The notes under the pieces: generated by a model
Database searches by the model: none
Seen by the model: the letters and a program-made list of their open reading frames with translations, nothing else
What the model was told of the DNA's origin: nothing
Shown here: positions 1 to 14,200 of the stretch, piece by piece
Position numbering within the stretch: position 1 is the stretch's first letter
Layout: every line of letters starts with the position of its first letter
NCBI GenBank assembly: GCA_051362555.1
Contig: CM120640.1
Span: 44,742,788-44,806,787 of the forward strand
Direction: 5' to 3'
Length of the DNA stretch: 64,000 bases
Source of the DNA: Lingula anatina
Lineage: Eukaryota; Animalia; Brachiopoda
Made by a program: the position numbers and the translations under genes

Positions 1-594
1 CTTGTTGATAGAACCAGCGTTTATTATTTACGATTTCATAAAGGTAAAGATGTTTCAGTTCTATGCCTGTATACATCTACCGGGTAATATCTTACTCTCT
101 GATATCAGGGGCTCCTAAAATAGTATACAAAATTTCACTGTATGCCATTGAAATTTTTGTAACGGACTGCTAGCGCAACCTGTGGTCAGAGAGTAGTATT
201 ATCTTGTTTGTCTTGTAAGACCATTTTAAATCAATCTTTACCTATCAATACAATTTCTCAAAGATATAAATCAAAAGTGAAAATCTCCGTTTTAAGCAAT
301 TTATTAAAGTGTGTGCTTCTTTTCTTTAAATGTTAAAATAGGTGGGGAATGAATTTCTATCAACGGCAACTTTTGAACTGGAGATCGTAACGCTAACCTG
401 CTGTACGCTGGCTGTTTTGGCAAGGGCGGTTGTCATTGTATTAGGTGTGCTTGTCTACAAAGCAATCAATAGGCGTGAGGGGCTGCATGGAGAAATTCGT
501 ACGTAAAGTATATAGAATATGACTAAAACTCGCAATGTATTACAGTTAAAAACTTTACTTACTTAAACGGAGGAATGTATATTACTTGGAACAC

Positions 595-600
<6 letters not shown>

Positions 601-669
<69 letters not shown>
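601..669 (+). repeat. (CT)n microsatellite
   Basis: Direct reading. Confidence 0.95.
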
Positions 670-672
<3 letters not shown>

Positions 673-1704
673 CACACACGTTACATATTTATGTGACCCG
701 TTCTACCGGAAAAGTTGCTAGTTTACTACTTTGCTTTATGTACTCAATTACACTATAAAATGTTAAAACAATGGAGTCACGCTTCCCTTGAGGCATCAGC
801 TTCTAGCATTACAGAGACCGAATAAACGCGCCATTACACGAGTATCTCACACCCTCCAATATGTCAGTGTTTCTTATATTATAGAAAAATCCCGTGATCC
901 AGCTGCTCCTGGTCAAGAGACAAAGGAATATGGAAGCATGCAACCTGAATGGACGAAGTGATACTCTGTCACTTTCAACACCATTCTTGATTCTCTCCAA
1001 CTATCATCATATATAGAACACGCGATGGACCCATGCGGGCTCAGATGAAAAACATTAGAGTTGTCATTGATCTGAACCGCTTGAAATCATGTATAAAATT
1101 TGTAATATAGGTACGCTGTTCTCCTTGGTGTATTGTAGAATTATTTTGATCTCGAAGGATTTCTAATATATAGTTTTTATTCAATATTATATATTTTATT
1201 CTAAAGTTCTTTTTATTCGGTATGTGTTTTGTTTTAAAAACTTCTGAAATAAAGGTTATGAGTTGCACAATGCCACGAGTTTCTGTCCAGCTGAAAGTCA
1301 TCTTGTTTCCCTGGTCATCCATGTAGACTTTTTACGGTAGTCAAGCAAGAAATGGATAATAAGACAACTTTGCCTTATTAAACGACTGGAAAAAAGGATA
1401 ACTGCTGTTGCATCATAACTGTAAAATCAAAAGAAATTATATCCGGACTTATGGATTCATCTTTCAATCAACGCATACGAATGTATTTATCATCTGTTTT
1501 GATCCCTATCAGTTCCCTTTATTTCATACCTATTTTAATCAAAATGTCTCAGAAAAGAACATAGTTACCCTTAATGAGTATGTTTATACAAAAGAGGTAA
1601 AGATGTTCTTTATTTGTTGTAATTTAGTCTAGTTAGTACCACCAGCGTGTACGCTGACGGTACTCAAGGTTTTAGCCCCGACCCGTCTCGTACAGTTCCG
1701 CCGG

Positions 1705-1869
1705 TGTAACGAAACTGAAGGTCCGTGTTACAGAAAGTCTGCCCTCCATATAATTATAATTGGTTAGGGTTTGCCTGACCTAAGTGGGTCAAAATCTGGG
1801 GCGAGTCTCACCTGTAAAAATGAAAGGGAAGCGGACTCTCTGTTATGGGGGACTCTCTGTCACGTTACA
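1705..1869. mobile_element. About 160-bp MITE with TGTAAC...GTTACA ends (Ginger-like)
   Basis: Reverse-complement match to 13435-13590; preceded by CCGG. Confidence 0.65.
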
Positions 1870-2724
1870 TTTTTCTTTCCCATACGAATGCGCTTGCTCC
1901 AACTGGTGGTACAATACCAGGAGGCGGTATCGCCTCTCTGATCCTCTAGTTTGTTTATGTTTTTAGGACCAATAAATGTTTCAAAACTATCTTTGTGTGT
2001 TTATGATACTTATGAATATTTAACGACACAATTAAGGGATAAAAAGATGCTTTCAACACAATTAAGTGAATTTCCTAACTGACTTATTTAAATGGGTTTA
2101 TTAAAGTCAACAAAAGAGGATGCCACACATGATAACATATTTACATTAGCATATCTAAATGTGGCAAACATATATATAAATATCGAACAGTAAAAAGACG
2201 TTGGAATCAACTTCAGATAAGAGGCAATCATTCACCAGAATTTGGGAATAAAATTCCCTACCATGTTGGGCCAGTGTGTACTCTAAGAAGGCATAAGGTA
2301 AATGTACCCTCTACCAAGGCAATATATTGATTTTCACTAGATATTCAGCGATACGTCTCTGGAAAATTGATGGAACTTTTTTGCTCTGAGAAGGAGAATA
2401 GTGAACATAGTTAATCCGCGGCCCTGGTAGAGTGTAAGTTATCGGTACCCTCTACCAGGGTGACAGATTGATTTTTCTCAAGATAATCACATATATTTCT
2501 TTAGATAAATAGACGGTCATTTGACTTTCTGTCTCTGGCTTTTGGAAAATTTGCCTTTAATATCTGCCACCCTGGTAGAGGATAAGTTTTCGGTAAGAAA
2601 GTGCAAAGGTGCGTACTCACATGTACACACATAGGGATACAAACATATTAATTCAGTGTTCTGTCAGCACGCCTATATTGATATAAAAACTGATTTTACT
2701 GATCTCGCATTATTAAAAATATAT

Positions 2725-2972
2725 ATTATTACCTCCGCCAAGGAGGTTATGTTTTCACCCCTGTTTGTTTGTTTGTCTGCCTGTCTTTCTGTCTGTCTGT
2801 CTGTCATCAACGTAACTCAAAAAGTTATGGACCGATTTTGATGAAATTTTCAGGAACTGTCAGAAGTGGGCCAAAGAACAGATGATAAGTTTTTGGTGGT
2901 GATCTGATCAATAATCAATGAATAATCAATAATAATCAAAAACTGCTGCCTTGGGGGAGGTCTGCACTCTCG
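2725..2972 (+). mobile_element. Helentron/DINE-like non-autonomous element
   Basis: TTATTACCTCCGCCAAGGAGGTTATG head, (GTTT/GTCT)n microsatellite, complementary CCTTGGGGGAGG near the 3' end. Confidence 0.65.
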
Positions 2973-3668
2973 TTTGTAATGTAACACGGCTGGTTATTGG
3001 TAACGGTGAGGATAACAAGCCGGAAACAAGCTGGTACACCGGTGAGTCCTAGCTGTGACATAGTGATGCTTTATGAACTGGGTACCATAAAGAAATAAAG
3101 TAACAGAACAAGGTCATAAATAATCCTGTTTCCTATGCTGATGATGGGATTTTCATTAGGCAAACGGCAAAAGAGTTATGTACTCGTGCGATGTTGCCTA
3201 CGCTTTACTTATTTGAAGTGGCAAAAAAGTTGCACCCTGAGTAAGGTATAATATTCGATGATACTAATATCGTTAAGTGGACCTGTCGGTCAACCACGGG
3301 TTTCAGGGTAGGCTACTGACGATATCGTCGTAAACGGCATAGTAAACTAAAAGTCCATTGAGAATAGATCCGGAGGAGCATTTTCCTGAGGCGCTTAAAC
3401 ACAAGTTGATCTTGTGGGTTTAGCATTGTATAGGGTCATCTAAAATAGGAAACAAGCACGTTGATCTTATATCCAGGGAGTAAGTAGTTAGAATTTGAGC
3501 ATCAGAACTAGACCTATTATCGGTTATCTAAATTATATAGTAAATTGTCGTGAGCTTCCGAGACAGTAAAAATAATCAACGGACTCGCCGCTAGGGAATT
3601 AAAAATGACCTTCAAAAGATACCCGATAATGGTTCATGTACAAGTATCATGTTTCTCAACTACGTACA

Positions 3669-4160
3669 CAGGGCCGTAGCCTCCGGGGGGGCAGGGGGGG
3701 CAGCTGCCCCCCTGGGATTTGAGGTCCAAAAAATAATCGCAAAGGTAAAAAAAAAATAATAATTGCAAAGTTGGTATCAATTCTGTGAGAAAATGCACTC
3801 ATGGCCACTAGACAATCATTCAACAATCTGTTTACAAAGGCAGAGGAACGCCTTGGCGGATTGGCTCTCTTGCTTGTCCACAGAGGAAGAAACATATTCC
3901 TGATCCTGAGACAATCTACGAAATGAAGTCCAATTGGCGTGTTGTGTTGAAAAAATGACTGTACTTATGGCAAAATGAACCCACAATTTCTTACTTCTGA
4001 TTGAGCAATAAATAACAGTTAAAATGCACCAGAATGCAGTATTATACATACAGTTTTTAGAGATTTTCACCCCCTCCCACCCCCTCCCCCCTCACACGGC
4101 CTTCGCCCCCTCGTGTCCGCTTACTGCCCCCCCTGGCATTTTGCTCAGGCTACGGCCCTG
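3669..4160. mobile_element. hAT-like non-autonomous element with 5-bp TSD GTACA
   Basis: TIR CAGGGCCGTAGCCT...AGGCTACGGCCCTG, GTACA on both flanks, G/C-run subterminal repeats. Confidence 0.75.
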
Positions 4161-4535
4161 GTACATAAAAAAAATGGTCATCGATAGGTATAACCAAACA
4201 CACGCACTAGAGTTAGAATGCACCCTTTAAACCTCTCTCCCTTTCTCTCTCTCTCTGAGCGGTTATTCTGACATCACCGAGACTCGCGTGCCTCTCGTTT
4301 GTTTTTCATTGTTTTCCCATAAACCTCGCCATGTGAAAAAAAACTGCATTTGTGGAACCATGTTTCCCTGAGGCATCAGCGACCGACGCTGCGAAAAAAA
4401 AATCGCACTAGGTTAGCATCAATTGAATGCAGTAGACTACGTGAATTAGATCGTCACCGCTTCAGAGTTGTTTTTAACAGACATAAAACAAAGTACCAAG
4501 CATTGTATATGAAGACAAGCACTGAGGTGGTAACC

Positions 4536-5220
4536 ATGGTCATCGTAAGGAATTCTGTCGGTTTGTTAACGTTGCTTGCACTACTGACTTGGATTCAGAT
4601 AGCTGCACCAGTGGAAGGTCAGTACTTTGAACCAACAGTAATTAATTACTCTCTGACCACAGGGTCCACTAATAGTCTGTTACAAAATTATTGTATCGGC
4701 CTTATACTTTAATTTGGATACTTTTTTTTTTTTTTTTTGGAGGTTCCTGATATCGAAGGGTAGCGATTTATCTCATTTTGTTAATTCGAACCCTTTTTTC
4801 CTTGAAACGAATTTCCTATTTCAAACTTATACTGCAGCTAAGCTTTTTTTAGTGGTATAAATTAACCGTTAGCATAAATGTTTAATAGTAATGTTAGCTA
4901 ATGCGATTGCTTATCAGTTAGACCCACCCCCACCATCTTTAAAAAAATCGGTTATCCAGCTCCGGGGATGAACACTCGAAATTATTTAAATGTGTGAATT
5001 GCTTCAGATAGTACTTTTTACGCTATGCACCTCCACACCTGCAGCAACAAAACGTGAATACTGAGCTCCACTGATTTACGGGGCCCAAAGAGGAGACAAA
5101 ACAGCACTGGGGGCGAAAAGCGTATATTTCATTATTTGCACCATAGTTTCAACATTTCCCAGCGTTGCAAGTGACGCTCCCCTCCCTCAAACGTTGCTGT
5201 GCTCGGAAAGAATGTCACCC

Positions 5221-5280
<60 letters not shown>

Positions 5281-6456
5281 TCACACACACACACAGAGAG
5301 AGAGAGAGAGTGACTCAGAATGTAAAACAGCAAGGAGATTGCTGACAACACATCTATGTACACTCGATGCTCGAGGAGGGAGGGGGATATCTGGCCAGTA
5401 TAGACCGGTGCAATCGGCTTTTAGCTAAATATGTTAAAAATCAACTTTTAAGGCAGGCAAACCAGGTTTGATTTGGGTTAGGTCGATTTTATGACGATCA
5501 TAAATTTTAAGCATTCAGTAAGGACAACGATAGCTAGCTTCCGCTATTGATACGTCATTATAATTTCCGTTATGCATTATATAAGGCATTTGTTAGCGTT
5601 GCTGACAAATGTTTTCAACGTAGGTGATTTGCTTATGATGTATTCTTTATCAATAATTCTGAGAAATAAAAAAATGAAAGATAAACATTGGTAGTTCTCT
5701 GCATATCTTGGCAAACCTTCCGTGTTCAGCGGACGCGCTTACCCCCATACTATGGAATTTTGCCTTTCAAAAACAAATCCAATTGCGAATTTGTCTTGCA
5801 CCTAAATATACACAATTTTAATCTTCCCTTTTTTTCCGTAAGTACAACTTTTTCCCAGATGGTTACAAATCATAAATGTGCGACCTTAACTGAGGATACA
5901 TGCCTAGGTGTAATATGCCTGTTGCATGCCCTTCGGCTAAATAAAATTTCGAGGCTCCCACTGTATTAATTAATATCGTTTTTTCACTAATCACCTTTGA
6001 TAACATATTCCCTGATCTGCAACCGCTTAAACTGAATGCAATTTAGGGAGAATCAATCAGGAGGTAGACAGATCAAGCTAGAACGATAGGGTTATGGAAA
6101 CGGTCCATAAGACCTACAGTAACACAATACCCAAATACATTAAGTGATTGCGAGGTTAAATTGCCGTATCCGTTTTAGGTCACATTTAATTACTTGAAGT
6201 TACATCTAACATGTTCAGCAGAATTGACACATTATGGTCCGACAATATACATATACAGTTTAACCTGAATATTATTGCAACAGAATTTATTTTTTTGCTC
6301 TTTATTTTCTTAAATCTTCCTTATCAACAGCAAATGGCAAATGATCCAATGAGATGTCTAATTTGGGGCATTGAAGATTGAATGCACCCAAGGTGTCTTT
6401 TTTTTTATTATTCCTTATTGGGGACTGGAGAATGGGTCCGATATTTTTATTATTAG

Positions 6457-6520
<64 letters not shown>

Positions 6521-8763
6521 TTTTCTTTTTTTTTTTTGGGGGGGGGGGATATGTTGACTAAAATGTGTATATAGTACACTGCATCTTATTTTATCTGGTA
6601 TTTGACTTATTGTATCAAGTGGATTCATTCATAAAAAGTATGAGCCTACATGTAGTAGTTGCAAATGACTCCTTATACAGACTTGACATTTAATATGAAA
6701 TATTTTTTCCAAAACATAATTCATCAGTTTTTTTCCTATTTTGCTGACTGATAAATGAAAATAAGGATTAAAATCGTGTTTTAATAACTTTTGATAATCT
6801 CTTCGATGTCACTGTGACATCAGTTTATTAATTGAATTCGTCAGTGAAGCAAACAAAAATACATTGCCTATTTTAAGTCATACGACAACCATTGAAAGCG
6901 ATATTTTGGATCTCCATATTTTCCTAATTATTGTCTTTAAAAGAGTTACACGCCCCACAAAGGCCCCCCATGTCAGTGTCTAGTCACAGCAACAGTCGCT
7001 GTTACGCTTGACCTCATCTTGCTGCTACCAGAGCTTTCAAGCCGCAAGGCATTTCTTATGATAGGCTTTTTAGAGTTTAATCTGGAATAAAATTCCAGAA
7101 TACGGTTAAAACTTGTCCAATTTGGCTCAGTTTTGATGTAGGACATGCAGGCCGTTGATTCGGCGAGTAATGACCTACCCACATATTGTCTATGTGGTTC
7201 AAATATGGCGATTTTGATGACCAAGGTAGCTACTCATTCCCTTGGTTCTGTAAGTTATCTGCTATTAAATGTGCTCTGTGTGAACCGGCAACCTCGCCCT
7301 GCAACCTAAAATTGTTCCTAAGGTGCCCCCTATCAAATAATAGTCAAGTGGTTCCCAGATTATTTCTTTATTTGATCTGGTTAAGGTTTTCATCGATGAC
7401 TACCATTGGTGTTTTGGCACCAATGTGGTATCCACTCCAAATACTGACACTGTCAATGACCCTAGCCTCTTAATAAGTGGCACACATTTCGTCGAAGGCC
7501 TTTTCAGAATGTCTGTAAACTCTGTTTTGACCAGTTTAGCGGTACAGGTTAAATATGGCCTCAATAAAGAAGCCACGCGGTTTCAGTGTTTTACCCAGAA
7601 ACTGTCATGGTCCCCAATTCATTAGAGAAACAGACTAAGCTGCTTTGCTGTTTACAGTGGCTTCCTCAGAGGTCGCCTGGAATCCTAACCTGCTGAAATC
7701 AGTTTGGTGTTCGCTAAGAGCCTTGAAAAACAAGTTTTGGTGACAATTTGTCCCTCATTTAAAACGGACTGGGTGGTATTGGTTTAATTGCAGCAGCATA
7801 TCCTGAAGGACAGTGAGTCCTATACCCTGGTCGTAAGACGTCGATGCATTGGGCTTGGTCTCTGTGTAGTGCCTCAAACTGAGCATAACTCTATAAAACT
7901 GTGTAGACCGTTCCGTTTGACACAATAATCTGTCTGGCAATGTCTGTGTTTTTCGCGCCATTCTGGCACAGCTTAACAGTTTTGTAAAACGCTGCTTAAC
8001 TCATTTTACGCACTGCAAAACCGACCGCTTGTATGCAAAATTTCAAATTCTTCTATGCAGTATTTGCCGACATATGGATACTTTATTGACAGAACCATCC
8101 TTCGCCAAAGCCAAGCTTTGACTAGCCCAAAGGAGCACTGCCCAATTAAATCACTGCATATTACACAAGGCAGCAGTGCAACAGACTTGGTAGTCAGTTA
8201 ATTGGCAGCGACACACCTGACTTCACACTTCTCCAGACAGATGTCTTATATGAAATCTGATTTTTTTAAAAAAAAAGAACGCATTTTGACCTAGGTATAC
8301 CTTTAAAACTGAAATATTCCATATTAAATGTCAAGTCTGTAGAATTATTGTAATTATCGGCCTTTAACTGTCATAAAAATATAGGCCTACCACACATCGT
8401 GCTTCTGCACGCTATTAAACCCATGTTCCCTCAAGCAAATGAAAATAAATTAACATATCGTGAATATGGATTGTATGGTTTTGCTTCACAAACATTAACT
8501 AATCTCTTTTCATATTGTGTTTTAAGTCTGAAATATTTAACAAACTATTTCAAAAACAATTAAGATAAGTCCAGTAAAGTTGTTTCAGTGGTTCTTTAAA
8601 TGCCAAAATAGATCAATACGGACATTTGGTGTGTTTGGAATCGGGGAAACTCTCATGCAGATTTTGTCCAAGAGACCCAGATTTAACTTTGAAACCATGT
8701 ATCATTTTTTGCAGAATAATGGGTTTCGTTTATATCTAATCCATACCTCTACGATAACCAGGT

Positions 8764-8815
<52 letters not shown>

Positions 8816-10414
8816 TGAATTTTCTCTTGAAAGGGTACACGTTAAAGGAACAAGAGGAAAGAATTAGACGCGCTGAAAGATACAGTGGTAAGTTCACAGT
8901 AATTATGACCAATTCATATGTAACTAATGTTTTTAAGTATATTGACGTAAAATTTTCACTGGATAACTTTTTTGACAAAAACAAATTCGTTGAGTTTCCG
9001 TAAGTTTAACTTGATATCAGCTTGAAGTAAATAGTAGATTTTATGAAAATCTATTCTCTATGATATATACGCGCATGTCTGTTTCGTACACAATGAGTGT
9101 GAAGATGAGTATTTAATTGATTCTTCTCAAGCCAGAGGTATTTAGCCACGACAATATAAAGAATAACCAATATTCAGTCCCGCTCCCCTTATCTTGGACG
9201 CTAGTGAACCTAGTTGCACCTTGATAAACTGAAAATCTAATCAGATAAACAAATATCATGGCATATGACACTCCTATTTACGTATTATGTATTTAATGGG
9301 CGCGCTAATCTAGCTCGCTCAGTAAGTAAAGAATACGAGAATGACAGCGACAGAAGGGAAACGACCTTTTTAAGTCTCAAATATAGTAAGTAAAGATTAG
9401 CGTTACCGATGGCGCATAAGTTTTGTCAGTATGATGAACTATTACGGGAAAATGATTATATGTTATGATAATTCCTTTCAGTCTACCACAACGACACGAT
9501 ATTCCAGGTAATGGAACTACGTTTTGATTCAGCAACGATTCAAGTAGATTCTTTGCAGAACAAGTTTTCTAAATTTCAGCAATAAGTATGGATATAAAAT
9601 ATCACATATTTCGAAATATTTCCAAAGCTTAACAACATTAAAAGTGCAACAACAAAAAGGCAGAGTTCATTTTTATTAAGGCAGGCATAATTGGCTTAGT
9701 ATTTATTTCAACCAAGTGAAAGAATTAAAGGACCAATATTGCGCACCTTTTATGATGACAAGTGGTCTAAACTTAACTAACCTGACAATAAGCTTGAAAT
9801 GATTGAAAAATAAATCACACATTCATTTCGTTTTTTAAGGGACCCAGATCGGCCATTAGCCCGACGCGGCGATGGACTAGCTTAACGGTGCCATATATCA
9901 TAGACCCGAGTGTTGGTAAGTTTTGCGTGTTCACATTTTAGAACTACATTCCGTGTTTAGGATTGTATCAGACTGACATACTTTTCTTGCTTCATGTTCA
10001 CATTAATTACCATTCAGTGTGGTTTTAGTTTCTGTGTTCAGTTTCTGTGATCACCGGAAAATGATTGACTTGACTGTCAGCAAGTCAAAAATGAAAAACT
10101 CTGATTTAATGATTTAAGCGTTGATGTACGTTGTCATTTACACAAATATGCCTGTGTGTGTTTTTTTAAACAAGTGAGATTAAAAACTAACATGAAGCTG
10201 TAACGGAGAAAGTTAAGAAATTATTCAATGATTAAGAATGTATGTTTTCATTGAAGCTACTGAGGGAACAAACAGAATAAATGAAGCCATACAAGATTAT
10301 AATACAAAGACTTGTATAAGATGGATACCTAGAACAACGGAGACAGATTATGTAAAATTTTCAGCCGCGCAACCACCAACGACAACGGGCACTGTGTAAG
10401 TCTCTCTCTCTCTC

Positions 10415-10458
<44 letters not shown>

Positions 10459-10525
10459 TTCCAAAACGCAGGAGTTTACAGATTGTTGAACATCGATCGG
10501 CACAATCACTGTGTAAGTTTCTCTC

Positions 10526-10561
<36 letters not shown>

Positions 10562-11205
10562 CACATCGATCGGCACAATATGTTCAAAACTAGACGCCTT
10601 GATGTATTAATAAATTGTATTGTGTCTTTAGTTGCCGAAGCTTCATTGGCAGAATTGGTGGTGAGCAAGAGGTGACATTGACCCCAAGATGCACCATGTT
10701 TGACGCCTCTGTGACCATACACGAAATGATGCATGCCCTTGGTTTCTTCCACGAGCAATCAAGACCAGACAGGGATAATTACGTGAACATTCTCACTGGG
10801 AACATCATTGCGGGTAATGTGAATAAAGTATATTTATATATTGAGGTCAATAACATAATTGTATGTTAGCTCTCCTGCCTGCCTACATGTATCTTCCCGC
10901 TCATCCGCAGTCTGGCTGTCAGTCAGCCGGTCGACTTGCATGTTTGCCTGTCCTCAATATGCCTATGTGGTCTCCACGGTGCTTTCTCGACTAAACGTGC
11001 CATATGCAAACTACTTTTTAATGTATCTAAGTTTTCCGTAAACGGTCCAGAGTTCGTTGATGGAATATTGCTTCGCAGGAAAAGGTGTTGCTTCACTCAG
11101 TTTCGTTATTCCTGATCTTCCTCATAGGTTTTCTTGTTCTATGATGCTGACCAGTACTATATTGAATTTTCCTTGCAAAAACATACACAAACTCACACAT
11201 GCTTA

Positions 11206-11265
<60 letters not shown>

Positions 11266-14200
11266 TGCGCGCGCGCGCGTGTGTGTTGCAGTTGCAGCAA
11301 CTAGATACCTGGCTACAGCTGTTCTGGGACATTTTAGTAATAAATGAGCAATTAATGCTCACAAAATCAAACATTTTTAAATCCCCTAAATATATCGAGA
11401 TCTTGATGACAGGTGTTTATTTGATTAATTTTGTTCTTTTTGTACATGTATTTAAACGCTTGCCTTCTTTTTCTAGGACTTTTTCTAAACTTCAATGATA
11501 TACACTGTATATGATTAGGTATCCGTAAAATTATCATAAATACAATCAATATACATATTTATCCCGTATATAAAAACATATAACCCTAGCCTCTAATCTG
11601 GTTCACATTTTCTTTTTAAACAAAAAGGATTTGAACGTAACTTCGATATAGAAACAAACAGCTTCACTCTGGATACACCTTACGATTATACCAGCATTAT
11701 GCACTACCAACGCAACTTATTCAGCACAGATCCAGCCACCCTTGACACCATAACGACGAAAACGACACAAGCAATAAATCCAGCAAACGTGCTTACGGAC
11801 CTAGATGCCTTGGACATTTGCCTTTACTATGAGTGCACCTGTCCCAGTGAGTATATCAAATAGTAAGGGGAAGAATGACGAGAAAAAGACCATAGGGCGC
11901 TTTGTGTTTGTAGCTTTTGATGTACTAATTTATTACTGCAAGATATGCAGAGACACTTGGGTTCCCACAGTTAGAACGATTTGCTTGGTTACAAATTTCA
12001 CCTTAACAGTAATGCATCAATATTTTGGGGCCGTAGCGATAGTCCGAAGGTTCAATAGTCCGAAGGTTCATTGGTCCGAATGTTCACTATAGAACCTTCG
12101 GACCAATGAACCCTTGATTAAAAAATCGATAAAAATGTAACCACTTTTCGGACCAATGAACCTTCGGACCAATGAACCTTCGGACTATCGAGACGCCCCC
12201 AATATTTTAGATCAACCTTTGCGATCAATCGTCTGCCAAGATAACATGATGACCATTAGTTGCCCAGCTGGACAAGTGCTTAGTGTGGTAGGGGCTGTAT
12301 TTGGAAGGATAGAAGACACGGGGTCGACCTGCCCGTCTCCAAACGCTTTACTGACCAACGTGAAAAACTGCGCCCAAGAAAACACCATCGACAGCGTAAA
12401 AGCGAGCTGCGATGGAGCCTCACAGTGCACGCTGATGGCTACCACTGCCGTATTTGGAGATCCGTGCCCCACAATATACAAATATCTCTCCGTCGTTTAT
12501 AGGTGTAATGCCGCAAGTAAGATACCATGCACGATTTAAATGTTCACAGTGCAATGCCTTTACTACATTATGTATTTTTATATATTATTAAATACTTTAT
12601 GTATTTTTGTTTTAAATGCAATATAATACCATATTACATGACGTGTTAAGATGCATCTTTATCTTTCTTGTTTTATTTTTTATTAGAATATTGCAATGGG
12701 TAAGAAAGATAGCAATTGTGGACCTCAAACTTGTCACAGTATTTATTTTACCTTTTAAGGAAGTGGCTTCCGATTATCATACATACTCATTCATTTCCTT
12801 AGTACGAACTGTTCGCTCCTCTCATTTAATTTGTCTAATTTTTTTCATACTTATACACATGGTCTTTTATTAAACATGAAACTTAAGATTTATTATATTT
12901 GAATAAAATCTTAATCTATAACTGCAGATCTTTATCTATAAATAAATATACACGCCTGCAATATATTTGAATATATCAAATAATTCATGGAGTGTTAGAA
13001 TAATCGTAAGGGATGAATTCAAATATTCTTTGCTGTCTTTATCCAGACTGTACTGCCACGGCATGCATGAACGGCGGTGTTGCTGCAGCGGCTCCCTTGT
13101 GTTGCACATGCCCCGCCGGCTTTACAGGAACTTTCTGTGAAATAGGTACAATAAGACATTTAAAGATAAAATTAAACTCAATCAGTGGCATGTATAACAG
13201 AGACTTATATTGTGTAGGTCGTAAAGATACATTTATATTTCTATTTAAATAAAATAAGACGACTTTTTACTACTAGAAAAGCTGATAATGAACTGACTGA
13301 TGCTTTCGGTCTAGTTATTTTAATCTAGGTATACATGTATAATCCGATGTGTAACAAAAGCTAAAAGCGTTTGGTTTCATTTAAAAACAACTTACTTTAC
13401 CGCTATATTCTGCGACATAAAATATAGCAACGGGTGTAACGTGACAGAGAGTCCCCATGATAGAGAGTCCGCTTCCCATTCACTTGTACTGGTAAGCCTC
13501 GCCCTAGATTTTGACCCACTTAGATCAGGCTAACCCTAACCATTATAACTTAATGGAAGGAGGACTTTCTGTTACACGGACCCTGTTACACCTGGCTTGA
13601 AAATCTTTTCAGCTACAGCTGTGAACGAGTGTGCTACAAGCAATGGCGGTTGCGCCCAGGTTTGCACTGATACAGCGGCCTCCTTTACATGTTCCTGTAA
13701 CCCCGGGTTTATGCTGGCTGCCAATGCGATGGATTGTACTGGTAACTCTAAAATTATTCTTCATAAGTTTAAGCAATTCTGCTTAGTGTATTCCTTCTGA
13801 CAAATTATTGGCGTCACTTTATAGCCTTTGCTACATCACTGTGCAAAATGCTTGAGCCAAAAATTATTACTAACCGGCTAGAGATTGCTGCAATCTGGAA
13901 AAAGTACACACGTGTTCCTGTAACACCGTGGTTATGCTGGGGCCGGATACGTTGGCATGTGTTGGTAAATATACTGCATGTGTTTCAGCAATATACGAAA
14001 AAAATTCGTGGCATATTACATAGGCTCATTAAAAGGTTTAGCATCGCATATTAAGGCAAATGTACTGTATTTTATTATTATTATGCGATAAATCTTGTAA
14101 AAGCTGGTGTCAGCCTGATTGCCTCAATGGAGAAGAGAGCTATTTTAGAGATAGGCTTATTTCGTTAACTTTTAAGACCATTCAAAATTTACATTACAGT

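Noticed and set aside
780-1060. GC-richer patch with KRAIT..VSYII resembling an astacin N-terminus
   Set aside because: The motifs are in different frames and too short to support a paralogous exon.
4945-4980. tRNA/SINE B-box-like remnant
   Set aside because: No cloverleaf or complete A/B boxes could be built.
5165-5428. ORFs with SLSL/HTHT/YIYI/CVCV runs (also 6302, 6371, 11057-11498, 32674, 49782, 51898)
   Set aside because: Translations of microsatellites.
12027-12199. CRISPR-like short repeats (also the EGF array)
   Set aside because: Eukaryotic context, no unique spacers and no cas genes; explained by a foldback MITE and by exon duplication.
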